NCBI GenBank assembly: GCA_050261115.1
Contig: JBLNCY010000047.1
Coordinates: 1 to 34,340 of the forward strand
Origin: Methanocella sp.
GTDB lineage: Archaea > Thermoproteota > Bathyarchaeia > Bathyarchaeales > Bathycorpusculaceae
Reading direction: 5' to 3'
DNA: 34,340 nucleotides
Shown: positions 26,620 through 34,340 of the stretch, in pieces
How positions within the stretch are numbered: position 1 is the stretch's first letter
How the letters are laid out: each line of letters begins with the position of its first letter
Notes under the pieces: generated by a model
Databases searched by the model: none
What the model was told of the DNA's origin: nothing
What the model saw: the letters and a program-made list of their open reading frames with translations, nothing else
Position numbers and translations under genes: made by a program

Positions 26620-28173
26620 TTGCTTAACAAAGAGTCGTGGGAACGCTTGGTATACTCCGAAATGATCAGACGAAAGCAGGCAGAAGCACTAAGCTGGCAG
26701 ATCAACAAAAAAGACAATGACGATGACGGCGGATTCTGCGCAGAAAAACCCAACGACGTCGGCGGAGTATGGACCACCGCAGAAACCGTATTTGTTATGC
26801 TCAAATACAAATTACTAACCGCCCAAGACAGCCGAATGCAACGCGCAAAAAACTGGCTCCTTCGCCACCAAAACTTGGGTGGCGACTACGGCTCTGGCTG
26901 GCCACTAATTAACCGTGGCAACAGCTTCGTCGACACCACCGCCCGTGCGGTCCTCGCTTTGGCTTACTTCAAAGATGACCCCGAAGTCAAAGACTCACTC
27001 AGACGCGCTAAGGATTGGCTGCTGGAAAACCAGAATGAAGATGGCGGCTGGGGCATATGGAAATACGAGGATAGCCTTGTCTCTGCAACCTCGTTTACCC
27101 TTCTGGCTTTTAGGTGTTTGGTGGACATTTTCCCAGAGGACGAAAACATTAAGCTATCGATTCTGCGCGCTGCAGCTTGGCTAAAAAATGCTCAAGACCC
27201 CAAAAGCTGTCTGTGGGGCTTTACACCTATCACTAAAGAAAGCCAGGTCGAGCCAAACAATGCCAGCACCCGCATGGCTGTGTATACCCTCTATAAACTC
27301 GGCGAAGACTTAGCGGAGTACTTGCCTGCTCTTGGATCCTTCATTGAGGAATTCAAAAATGAAGGCCGATGGCAAACCATCAGCGAAACCTATACCCTCA
27401 AATACTTCGGGGAAGGTCTTGATCAGCGGCTCAGCTGGTTTAACGCGCCTTTTATGGTGCTGATGCTTGTCAGATACGCAAGATGCGTACCGGGCAGCGT
27501 AGACATAAAGAAAATCATAGACGGCGCAGAATCACTAAAGGTCTTCGACTCAACGTATCAGGGTAGAGAAGTTACAGATATCTCGCCTGGTAACCACGAT
27601 ATTCGCCCGTGGGCTTCGGTTCAATTCTTATGCGGCCTCTTGGAAGCGGAGTCTTATCTGCAAAATAACCTCGATGAATACGTTACAATCATGGACAAGA
27701 AAGTCGCGATCATCGAGAAAGCCGGGATGCTTCAGTCTATGCCGCTTGTTTCGCCGTTCAAGAAGCAGACCGGCGTCTATGTGAGCATGAAGTTTCTCAT
27801 GTTTCTTATCCCCACAATAGCTCTGTCCTTGATTGGCGTCTCATATTTAACGTATCTGACTATGGTAGTTCATGAGGGCCAAGTCATCATAGAAGAAGGC
27901 ATAATGACGCCTATAGTTGTGAGTTTATTTGCCGTTTACATGGTGACGTTTTTCGTTTTGGTACTAGGCTACAAGCAGAATATCATCTCTAAATCGCGCT
28001 TTGCTTTCCTTTACCTACCGATTTGGGCACTGGTGATAGTAAGCACGATCCTGTTCTTCATGGAGCGCTTAGAGGAGGGTCTGGTTGTGTTGCTGCTGAT
28101 TGGTTTCCCCGAGATACTCTCTCTGGTCATGAACAAGATGAACAAGGAAGAAGGCAAAGAAGAACACAAGTAA
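26620..28173 (+). CDS. Prenyltransferase/squalene-cyclase (QW) repeat protein with C-terminal TM helices
   Basis: Repeats WLLRHQNLGGDYGSGW, WLLENQNEDGGWG and WLKNAQDPKSCLWG; about 4 hydrophobic helices at the C-terminus. Confidence 0.75.
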   Translation: MLNKESWERLVYSEMIRRKQAEALSWQINKKDNDDDGGFCAEKPNDVGGVWTTAETVFVMLKYKLLTAQDSRMQRAKNWLLRHQNLGGDYGSGWPLINRGNSFVDTTARAVLALAYFKDDPEVKDSLRRAKDWLLENQNEDGGWGIWKYEDSLVSATSFTLLAFRCLVDIFPEDENIKLSILRAAAWLKNAQDPKSCLWGFTPITKESQVEPNNASTRMAVYTLYKLGEDLAEYLPALGSFIEEFKNEGRWQTISETYTLKYFGEGLDQRLSWFNAPFMVLMLVRYARCVPGSVDIKKIIDGAESLKVFDSTYQGREVTDISPGNHDIRPWASVQFLCGLLEAESYLQNNLDEYVTIMDKKVAIIEKAGMLQSMPLVSPFKKQTGVYVSMKFLMFLIPTIALSLIGVSYLTYLTMVVHEGQVIIEEGIMTPIVVSLFAVYMVTFFVLVLGYKQNIISKSRFAFLYLPIWALVIVSTILFFMERLEEGLVVLLLIGFPEILSLVMNKMNKEEGKEEHK

Positions 28174-28214
28174 AGGTTAAGATCCCCACTAATCCTCAAT
28201 TTATTTTTACATAA

Positions 28215-28236
28215 TAAAAAAAGGGGGAGAGGGGTT
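28215..28236 (-). terminator. Putative oligo-T terminator of the beta-propeller gene
   Basis: Minus strand CAACCCCTCTCCCCCTTTTTTA directly after the stop at 28239. Confidence 0.45.
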
Positions 28237-28238
28237 GT

Positions 28239-30704
28239 TTAAGGTTTTTTCCGCAGGACTAGCACAATTGCTGCGCCGACGAGGATTATTGCCAAGATTA
28301 CTCCGGCGATTGCGGGAAGGAAGTATGTTTCAATCATTAGTGGCTGCGGTGTGGGTGCTGGTGTAGCGGTAGCCTCTGGTTCATCCACTACGAAGGCTGT
28401 TTCGCCATGTGATGGATAGTACGCTCCCGATTCTGCGAATGCAGCGTAGACTTTGTATTCGCCTGGTATGTCAGGTGTCCATGGAAGACTGAAGACGCCG
28501 TCTGCGCTGGTTGTTGTTTGTCCTATGATTCGGTAGTTGCCGTTGGCGTCTACAACGCTGATTATGACGTCGACGCCTGTTACGTTGGTGGGTCTTGGGA
28601 AGTTCTTGTAGACGTATAGCATCCAGTCGCTCATGCTGGCGTCAGATACCGCGGGGACTCCGTTGGGAAAACGCAACGCTACTTCTGAGCTCTTCGTGCC
28701 TGGCGACACATCAGTTACTGTTCCTGTTATGAGTACTGATGAGCCTAGGGGTATGCCGACGTTGGGTGCGTTAACAGTCAATGCGGTCGGTCCTTTGCCT
28801 ATCGCGTATATGCGTTGGTCGTAGGTGTCCATGGTTGCTATTACGCTGTCGCCCATGATCGCTCTGCCTCCCCAACGTGTGGAGCGGAACATGCCGTCGA
28901 CGCGCCATATTACGTCTCCGGTTGTTGCGTTTAGGCAGATCATGGGGGCTCCTCTTGGCAGGGGCTGGTTTGCTGAGTGCTCGAGGTGCGCGACGTAGAG
29001 TTTATCGTCGGTGATGAAGAGCGGTTTCAACCACCAGTCGTTAGACCATAGGTTTTCCGTGTAGGGTTCTTCTGCATTGTAAGTCCAGAGCAATTCTCCG
29101 GTTGTGGCGTTGTAGCAATACACGATTCCGCTGACGCTTGCGGAGTAGTATCTGCCGTTAGCGATTAGCCTGGCGTTGGATTTCGTATCGTCAAGCGCGT
29201 TGAGATAGTGCTCCGGCGGGGTTGGTCCCCACAGATAGTTTCCGGTCTCGAGACTGAATCCATAGTTTTCGCAGGTCTCTTTGGAGAATATGGTTGCTAC
29301 CTTGGATTGTTGACTCCATGACATCCATGCCAGTGTCTGGTTGCCTTCAGCCCACGAGGCTGGAGCATTCCAGGTTTTGTCATATAGCTTTACGCCTTCC
29401 CTTCCGGGCTCTAAGCTGAAAGCCCAAAGCCTCACGTGAGTGCGGTTTAGCACAGCTCCAATGAAGCGGTCATTTAGGTATACCCTCTGAACTGATCCTG
29501 TTAAGCCTGCGGAGTTAAAGGTAAGGTTCAATGTGTAGGCTCGTGCTGCCCTGGTGGCGTCGCTTCCTGTTGTGGCGGATGCGTTGTAGCTAACTGGGCC
29601 TGGCCCTAAGAAGCTCCCTTCCATCGAGATGAACGCGCTCATGTTCCAAAGTAAGAATCTGCCAGTTGGGAGGTTGGCTGACCAGCGGTAGATTTCGCCT
29701 CTGTCGCCTACTATGGTGGTGCCGCTTGGCACGTTATAGAAGGTAATTCTTAGTTTTCCGTCCATGGGGTCGAAAGCGTACCAGTCGCTTCCTACAGTTA
29801 CCCAGATGTAGGAGTAGGTACCCATGTAGTTATACGATTGCCAGTAGAATGTCTGGCACATCGTGATGGTTCTGTTGTCTAGGAATGTCTTGGTCCAGAG
29901 CTCTTCGCCGGTGCGCAGGTTTATAGCTGTGTATTCGAGGGGTCTGATCGATGTGTGGTGTGTATAAATGAGGATGCCGCCGATTATGAATCTGCTTGAC
30001 CATTTGCCCTGATAGGCATCGCCTGTCTCGTATCCGACCGGACCCTGATTCATCGAATCAGGTAACCCTACGTCTCCCCCCACTAGGCCGCCTGTCGTAA
30101 GCGGCTTTGTCCATAGCACGTGGGCAGTCTCAGGCCCATCGTTGTATGGAACATAGAGGTTATCGGGACTGGAGGTTAGCCAATGTCCCGCAAGTACGTA
30201 GGCTGATCTGACCTGTGCATCGATTGGGCGTGTCCAGTATTCCGATGGTACTGGCAGCGATGTGTAGTATGCGGGTCTCTCTTCTGTGACGACGATTACA
30301 AGCTTTGAGCTGGTGCTTGCTTTGTAGGTTACTCCGCCGAATACCTGTTCGGGGAAGTTGGTCTGAACGGTGTAGTTGCCTACCATTGTAGGTATGAAGA
30401 CTGTCCCGGTTCCGCCGGTTGAATCGGTTTTGAATGGTCCCAGTGTCATTGTTTTATTATCGGGTGTTATCACAGTTACGGTAAGGTCTTCAAAGCCATT
30501 GTTTGCTCCTGAGACTGCATCTGTGATGCCGAGGTGGAGCAGGCATTCGCCGCCGACGTTAACGGGGTTTGGTACGGCGCCGATGTAGGCGTAGGTTGCT
30601 TTTACGTTTGTAGCCTGCGGTGACGCGCTTGGTATGATTGTTGCCACTGCACTTAATGCCAACAGCAGAAATAAAGTACATGATTTGCTTGATATTTTTT
30701 TCAT
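28239..30704 (-). CDS. Secreted, C-terminally anchored PQQ-like beta-propeller repeat protein
   Basis: Signal peptide, Ig-like segments, repeats AINLRTGEELW, CYNATTGELLW and CLNATTGDVIW, a P/T linker, a TM helix and an RKKP tail. Confidence 0.85.
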   Translation of the reverse strand: MKKISSKSCTLFLLLALSAVATIIPSASPQATNVKATYAYIGAVPNPVNVGGECLLHLGITDAVSGANNGFEDLTVTVITPDNKTMTLGPFKTDSTGGTGTVFIPTMVGNYTVQTNFPEQVFGGVTYKASTSSKLVIVVTEERPAYYTSLPVPSEYWTRPIDAQVRSAYVLAGHWLTSSPDNLYVPYNDGPETAHVLWTKPLTTGGLVGGDVGLPDSMNQGPVGYETGDAYQGKWSSRFIIGGILIYTHHTSIRPLEYTAINLRTGEELWTKTFLDNRTITMCQTFYWQSYNYMGTYSYIWVTVGSDWYAFDPMDGKLRITFYNVPSGTTIVGDRGEIYRWSANLPTGRFLLWNMSAFISMEGSFLGPGPVSYNASATTGSDATRAARAYTLNLTFNSAGLTGSVQRVYLNDRFIGAVLNRTHVRLWAFSLEPGREGVKLYDKTWNAPASWAEGNQTLAWMSWSQQSKVATIFSKETCENYGFSLETGNYLWGPTPPEHYLNALDDTKSNARLIANGRYYSASVSGIVYCYNATTGELLWTYNAEEPYTENLWSNDWWLKPLFITDDKLYVAHLEHSANQPLPRGAPMICLNATTGDVIWRVDGMFRSTRWGGRAIMGDSVIATMDTYDQRIYAIGKGPTALTVNAPNVGIPLGSSVLITGTVTDVSPGTKSSEVALRFPNGVPAVSDASMSDWMLYVYKNFPRPTNVTGVDVIISVVDANGNYRIIGQTTTSADGVFSLPWTPDIPGEYKVYAAFAESGAYYPSHGETAFVVDEPEATATPAPTPQPLMIETYFLPAIAGVILAIILVGAAIVLVLRKKP

Positions 30705-30885
30705 ATGCTTTTTTTCTCCTGACTTTTATTAGGTGGAAATGATTTATATTTTGAAATCTTTATAAGATTTTGCATACTTCTCGGGTCGCTGACCAGACTA
30801 TAACAAGCCACGCATTGGCAACTGTCGCTTTTTGAAAACAAAACACTAATAAACTCTAGCTGCAATCCATATTTTCCGACTTCAA

Positions 30886-31449
30886 ATGATACCAAAATAC
30901 TTCTTCTTCACAAAAGGAGTTGGCAAACACAAAGAGCAACTCCAATCATTCGAATTAGCGCTAAGAGACGCCGGCATACAGATGTGCAACCTTGTCAGCG
31001 TTTCAAGTATCGTCCCACCTGGCTGTCAACTAATCTCACGTGAGAAAGGCCTTAAAATGATTCACCCCGGCGAAATCACCTTTGTAGTCATCGCGCGCAA
31101 CGCAACCAATGAACCCCACCGTCTAGTCGCATCCTCCGTGGGCGTAGCCATCCCCTCAGAGAAGAACCAGTACGGTTACCTCTCCGAGCACCACAGCTTT
31201 GGCCAAACCGATGAAGTCGCAGGCGAATATGCCGAAGACCTCGCCGCCACTATGCTCGCAACAACCATGGGCATACAATTTGACCCCGAGACCGCATGGG
31301 ACGAACGCAAGAAAATCTTCAAAACCACCGGCTTAATCATCAAAACCGACAACACAACACAATCTGCTCAAGGCGACAAAAACGGTCTCTGGACCACCAC
31401 TGTTGCAGCGGCAGTTTTAGTTCCGCCAGAAAACGGCAACCCAGAATAG
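30886..31449 (+). CDS. pdaD: Pyruvoyl-dependent arginine decarboxylase
   Basis: [23 protein letters not shown] (Ser-Ser autocleavage site), GYLSEHH and WTTTVAAAV. Confidence 0.95.
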   Translation: MIPKYFFFTKGVGKHKEQLQSFELALRDAGIQMCNLVSVSSIVPPGCQLISREKGLKMIHPGEITFVVIARNATNEPHRLVASSVGVAIPSEKNQYGYLSEHHSFGQTDEVAGEYAEDLAATMLATTMGIQFDPETAWDERKKIFKTTGLIIKTDNTTQSAQGDKNGLWTTTVAAAVLVPPENGNPE

Positions 31450-31575
31450 CAAGGGTTAGGCATTTTTTAACCCAGCTTTTCTATTTTTCAGGTTATTGCT
31501 AAAGATTTCCTATCCGTGGTATTTTTCCGCAGGTTTTAAGTTGCAGAACATTCCTTAAGCACTCTGTGTGGTTGC

Positions 31576-32844
31576 ATGGCTGACCGTAATGAGGAAGAAA
31601 TCTACTCTATAATGTTCAAGTCGCTTAAGCATCCAGCACGGCGCCAAATCTTGCGGCTGCTAAATGACAAACCGCTGGCGTTTATGGAGCTAGTGGAGTT
31701 ATTGGGCGTTTCTAGCAGCCACCTTACTTATCATCTAGAAAGCCTAGGGGAGCTCATAACAAAAACGCCTGAGGGTCTGTATTGTCTCTCCAACTTCGGC
31801 AAAGCGGCTGCCTCAGCCATGAAGGGTGTACAGGAGGCCCCCGAGTTGGCCAGCAGGCGCCCAAAGAAGCTTACCCGCAAATGGAAAACCGCATTCGCCG
31901 TGCTGATGGTGGCGGTTCTGCTGCTCTCAAGCTTTGGTGTATATCAGTATGTAACTATAATTCAGCTTTCGGAGAATCAACGTCGCCTCGAAGCCGAAAA
32001 CCAGCAGCTACTCAGCTGGGGCATCGGCGCGGGAACCGTTGCCGAATTGCTCCGTGACGTGGTGCAGCTGGATACCAACCGCTACAAGATCACGCTGCTA
32101 AGTGACACATTGGAGTACAGAGATGATTTTGGGGTTGCTGAGGAAGTGCTCCGCTACAGCTTCAGCGGCGGGTTTGTTGTTGATCTTAGGTTTAGGGAGA
32201 ATCATCTGAGTCGCTATCAACTAAGTGACGCAACAGGCACCCCGCTACTGATTCAACCTCCCGCAGGCAGTGATTTGGAGGTTGCTAAAGCCGCATTAAG
32301 TCGTTATAACGCCTACAGCGGCGATGCATACTTAGCTGAAATGCGTAGTCTCCTCGACCAAGTAGGCACCGCCGGCAATGCAACCGTCACCTCGGGCGAT
32401 TTGAAACTCCAAATCACCAACTATGGCGGCAATACGGAATACCTCTTTATGCATAGCCAGGGCGGCGTGGATTTCAGTGCTAAAAGCCTGCGCATGACCT
32501 TTAACGGCGACATATTAGTGGCGTTGACTGATGGTTACTTCCTCTTTAATGTCGCAAACACCAACGTTAACTTTGACAGTGTACAAGCCGAAGGCATCGC
32601 CAAAAGTCGTGTGCAAGAGATGACTTGGAGGATAAACAATACCGAAGTCGGCGGCTTTGTAGTTCAGCGTACGGTTTCATTTGAGATGATTCCTCATCCG
32701 CGGGGTAACTCTGTTGCGTTGGTGCCTTACTGGTATGTTGTTTTAGAGTTAGACCCAACAGCTGTGAACGGATTTAGCAGGGCTTCGGTGGGTGTCTGGG
32801 CAGACACCGGTGAAGTGGCTGACGTTCAACTGCTAAGGGGTTAA
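31576..32844 (+). CDS. Membrane-anchored ArsR-type wHTH regulator with a large extracytoplasmic domain
   Basis: FKSLKHPARRQILRLL...SSSHLTYHLESLGELI, one TM helix (AFAVLMVAVLLLSSFGVY), a short coiled coil and a ~280-aa C-terminal domain. Confidence 0.8.
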   Translation: MADRNEEEIYSIMFKSLKHPARRQILRLLNDKPLAFMELVELLGVSSSHLTYHLESLGELITKTPEGLYCLSNFGKAAASAMKGVQEAPELASRRPKKLTRKWKTAFAVLMVAVLLLSSFGVYQYVTIIQLSENQRRLEAENQQLLSWGIGAGTVAELLRDVVQLDTNRYKITLLSDTLEYRDDFGVAEEVLRYSFSGGFVVDLRFRENHLSRYQLSDATGTPLLIQPPAGSDLEVAKAALSRYNAYSGDAYLAEMRSLLDQVGTAGNATVTSGDLKLQITNYGGNTEYLFMHSQGGVDFSAKSLRMTFNGDILVALTDGYFLFNVANTNVNFDSVQAEGIAKSRVQEMTWRINNTEVGGFVVQRTVSFEMIPHPRGNSVALVPYWYVVLELDPTAVNGFSRASVGVWADTGEVADVQLLRG

Positions 32845-33375
32845 GACGGCGACGTAGCAGTTAACCACTTCATCGTCGCCGAACATGATGATTTGCATGC
32901 CTTGGGCTTCAATTAGGTCGTGGAATGTTGTGTTAGGGAAGGCTTTTTTGAGGCCTGTTATGACTATTTTGCCGCCTTGGGTGGCGGCTCTTTTGATTTC
33001 TTTTAGTGTTCGAGCCGGTTTAGGCATGTTTTGGAGCACAGTGAATGAGCAGACCGCATCGAATGCGCCGTCACGGAAGGGGAGGAAGTCAGCATCAGCC
33101 TGCACAAGGTGACTGTTTTCTGGGAGATGCTGCTTGGCTTTCTTTAGCAGCCCTCGCGATATATCCACGCCAACGACTGTTTGGGCTTTGCTGGCGATTT
33201 GTGGGAAAAACATTCCTGAACCGCAGCCAACATCCAGCACAGCAGCGCCCCAAATGTCAATGGATTCTAGTGCTTTTCGGTAATTGCGTTGCTGCTCCTC
33301 GCGATAGCGGGTGTCGTAAATGTCTGCGGTTACGTTGTAGGCATGCATGACTTTGCGCTTGCTTCTCCAAGCCAT
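32833..33375 (-). CDS. Class I SAM-dependent methyltransferase
   Basis: VLDVGCGSG, VVGVDIS and ADADFLPFRDGAFDAV. Confidence 0.9.
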   Translation of the reverse strand: MAWRSKRKVMHAYNVTADIYDTRYREEQQRNYRKALESIDIWGAAVLDVGCGSGMFFPQIASKAQTVVGVDISRGLLKKAKQHLPENSHLVQADADFLPFRDGAFDAVCSFTVLQNMPKPARTLKEIKRAATQGGKIVITGLKKAFPNTTFHDLIEAQGMQIIMFGDDEVVNCYVAVLTP

Positions 33376-33441
33376 ACCTGTGGTTCCTTCAAGAATTCTT
33401 ATGTACCTAACCTCTACCTAAAATACGTTGGCTGACTCGAT

Positions 33442-34239
33442 TTGGCAACAGATAAACTCTCTATCCTAAAAGAACCCCCATTAGCCGATGCCATGATCGT
33501 TATAGAGAAAGCGTTTGCTCAACGCAAGACTATTGTTATCGCTGGCATCTGCCATGTGACTTACGCAGGCAGGGCGAATTCAACCTTGGAGGATGGAGAG
33601 CGACTGCTTATCATCAAATCTGATGGTTCGCTGCTTGTTCATCGGCCGACTGGTTATGAACCTGTGAATTGGCAGCCTGCGGGTTCAGTGTTTCATGTTG
33701 AAGTAAAGGATGATAAACTTGAGATTTTTGGGGTAAGGCAGAAGCCCCGTGAGAGCGTTAGGGTACAGTTTAGCTCGCTGTTTATGGTTTCTTCGCTTTG
33801 TCTTCAGGATAGCGGCGAGTTTATTCTACACGCAAGCGAGGACGATATGCATCGGGCTATTTTGCTTAAACCCGCACTGTTTGAGGAAGGCTTTAAGCCG
33901 ATTAGCTGGGAGAAGCATGTGGAACCTGGGTTTGTGGACATCTATGGCGAGGACAAAGACGGCAAGTTGGTGATAATTGAAGTTAAACGCCGAACCGCCT
34001 CCAAAGAGAACGTGCTGCAACTCGCCAAATACATCGAACCCATCAAAGCTAAAGTGAACCGGGACGTCCGCGCGGTTTTGGTTGCGCCCACCCTAGCAAA
34101 AGACGTGCAGGCGCTTATAGTTTCGTTGGGGCTTGAGTTTAAGGCGCTTGACCCCAAAGACTGCGCCTTGGTGCTCAAGAAGGCTGGAACTTCAAAGCTT
34201 GAACGCTTTTTTGAATCAGAAGGCGTTGAGAAACCTTAA
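33442..34239 (+). CDS. nucS: Endonuclease NucS/EndoMS
   Basis: YAGRANSTL..GERLLIIKSDGSLLVH...PVNWQP, SEDDM, GFVDIYGED...IIEVKR and QLAKY. Confidence 0.95.
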   Translation: MATDKLSILKEPPLADAMIVIEKAFAQRKTIVIAGICHVTYAGRANSTLEDGERLLIIKSDGSLLVHRPTGYEPVNWQPAGSVFHVEVKDDKLEIFGVRQKPRESVRVQFSSLFMVSSLCLQDSGEFILHASEDDMHRAILLKPALFEEGFKPISWEKHVEPGFVDIYGEDKDGKLVIIEVKRRTASKENVLQLAKYIEPIKAKVNRDVRAVLVAPTLAKDVQALIVSLGLEFKALDPKDCALVLKKAGTSKLERFFESEGVEKP

Positions 34240-34275
34240 ATCACGCTTCCCGCTCTGCCTTTTCGGTGCAGACAG

Positions 34276-34340
34276 ATGAATTTTTGGAAGCAAATCCCCG
34301 CAGGAGACAAACCGCCAGAGCTCCTCAACATAGTTGTTGA
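34276..34340 (+). CDS. ppa: Inorganic pyrophosphatase, N-terminal fragment (runs off the window end)
   Basis: Manual translation after a GGTG SD gives MNFWKQIPAGDKPPELLNIVV(E), matching the family I PPase N-terminus; only 21 codons are visible. Confidence 0.7.
   Translation, partial: MNFWKQIPAGDKPPELLNIVV

Noticed and set aside
1-34340. CRISPR array, rRNA, IS elements, inteins in RpoA/RpoB/Cdc6
   Set aside because: No regularly spaced repeats, rRNA-like tracts or transposase ORFs seen; protein lengths and contiguous motifs leave no room for inteins.

Overview
Archaeal chromosomal segment, most consistent with Bathyarchaeia or another TACK lineage. This is inferred from unsplit RpoB and unsplit RpoA'/A'', a PQQ-type beta-propeller surface protein, a membrane-anchored ArsR regulator and many TTG/GTG starts. 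Core genes: tfb, an intron-containing tRNA-Leu(CAA), a single-OB SSB, rpoB-rpoA-rpl30e-nusA, orc1/cdc6 plus a wHTH gene, pdaD, nucS and the start of ppa. Accessory genes include RidA, GNAT, DUF488, TrmB, an orphan beta-class DNA methyltransferase, flavodoxin, a Yip1-like protein, an isochorismatase and a frameshifted DUF998. The most notable element is a translationally coupled three-gene operon (20842-24196): a short, apparently hinge-less SMC ATPase with Smc5/6/ClsN-like motifs, a divergent ScpA-like kleisin, and a MAGE/Nse3-like tandem winged-helix (kite) protein. It looks like a complete archaeal Smc5/6-like complex and converges on cdc6. A ~50-bp non-coding element occurs twice (9661-9711 and 24940-24989), one copy directly downstream of the cdc6 operon, and may be a divergent origin or regulatory box. 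Also seen: an unlisted 50-aa C2H2 zinc-finger gene, a probable CTG start for nusA, and up to three single-base frameshifts. No CRISPR array, rRNA, transposase or integrase was seen. All family calls come from motif recognition by eye; no searches were run.
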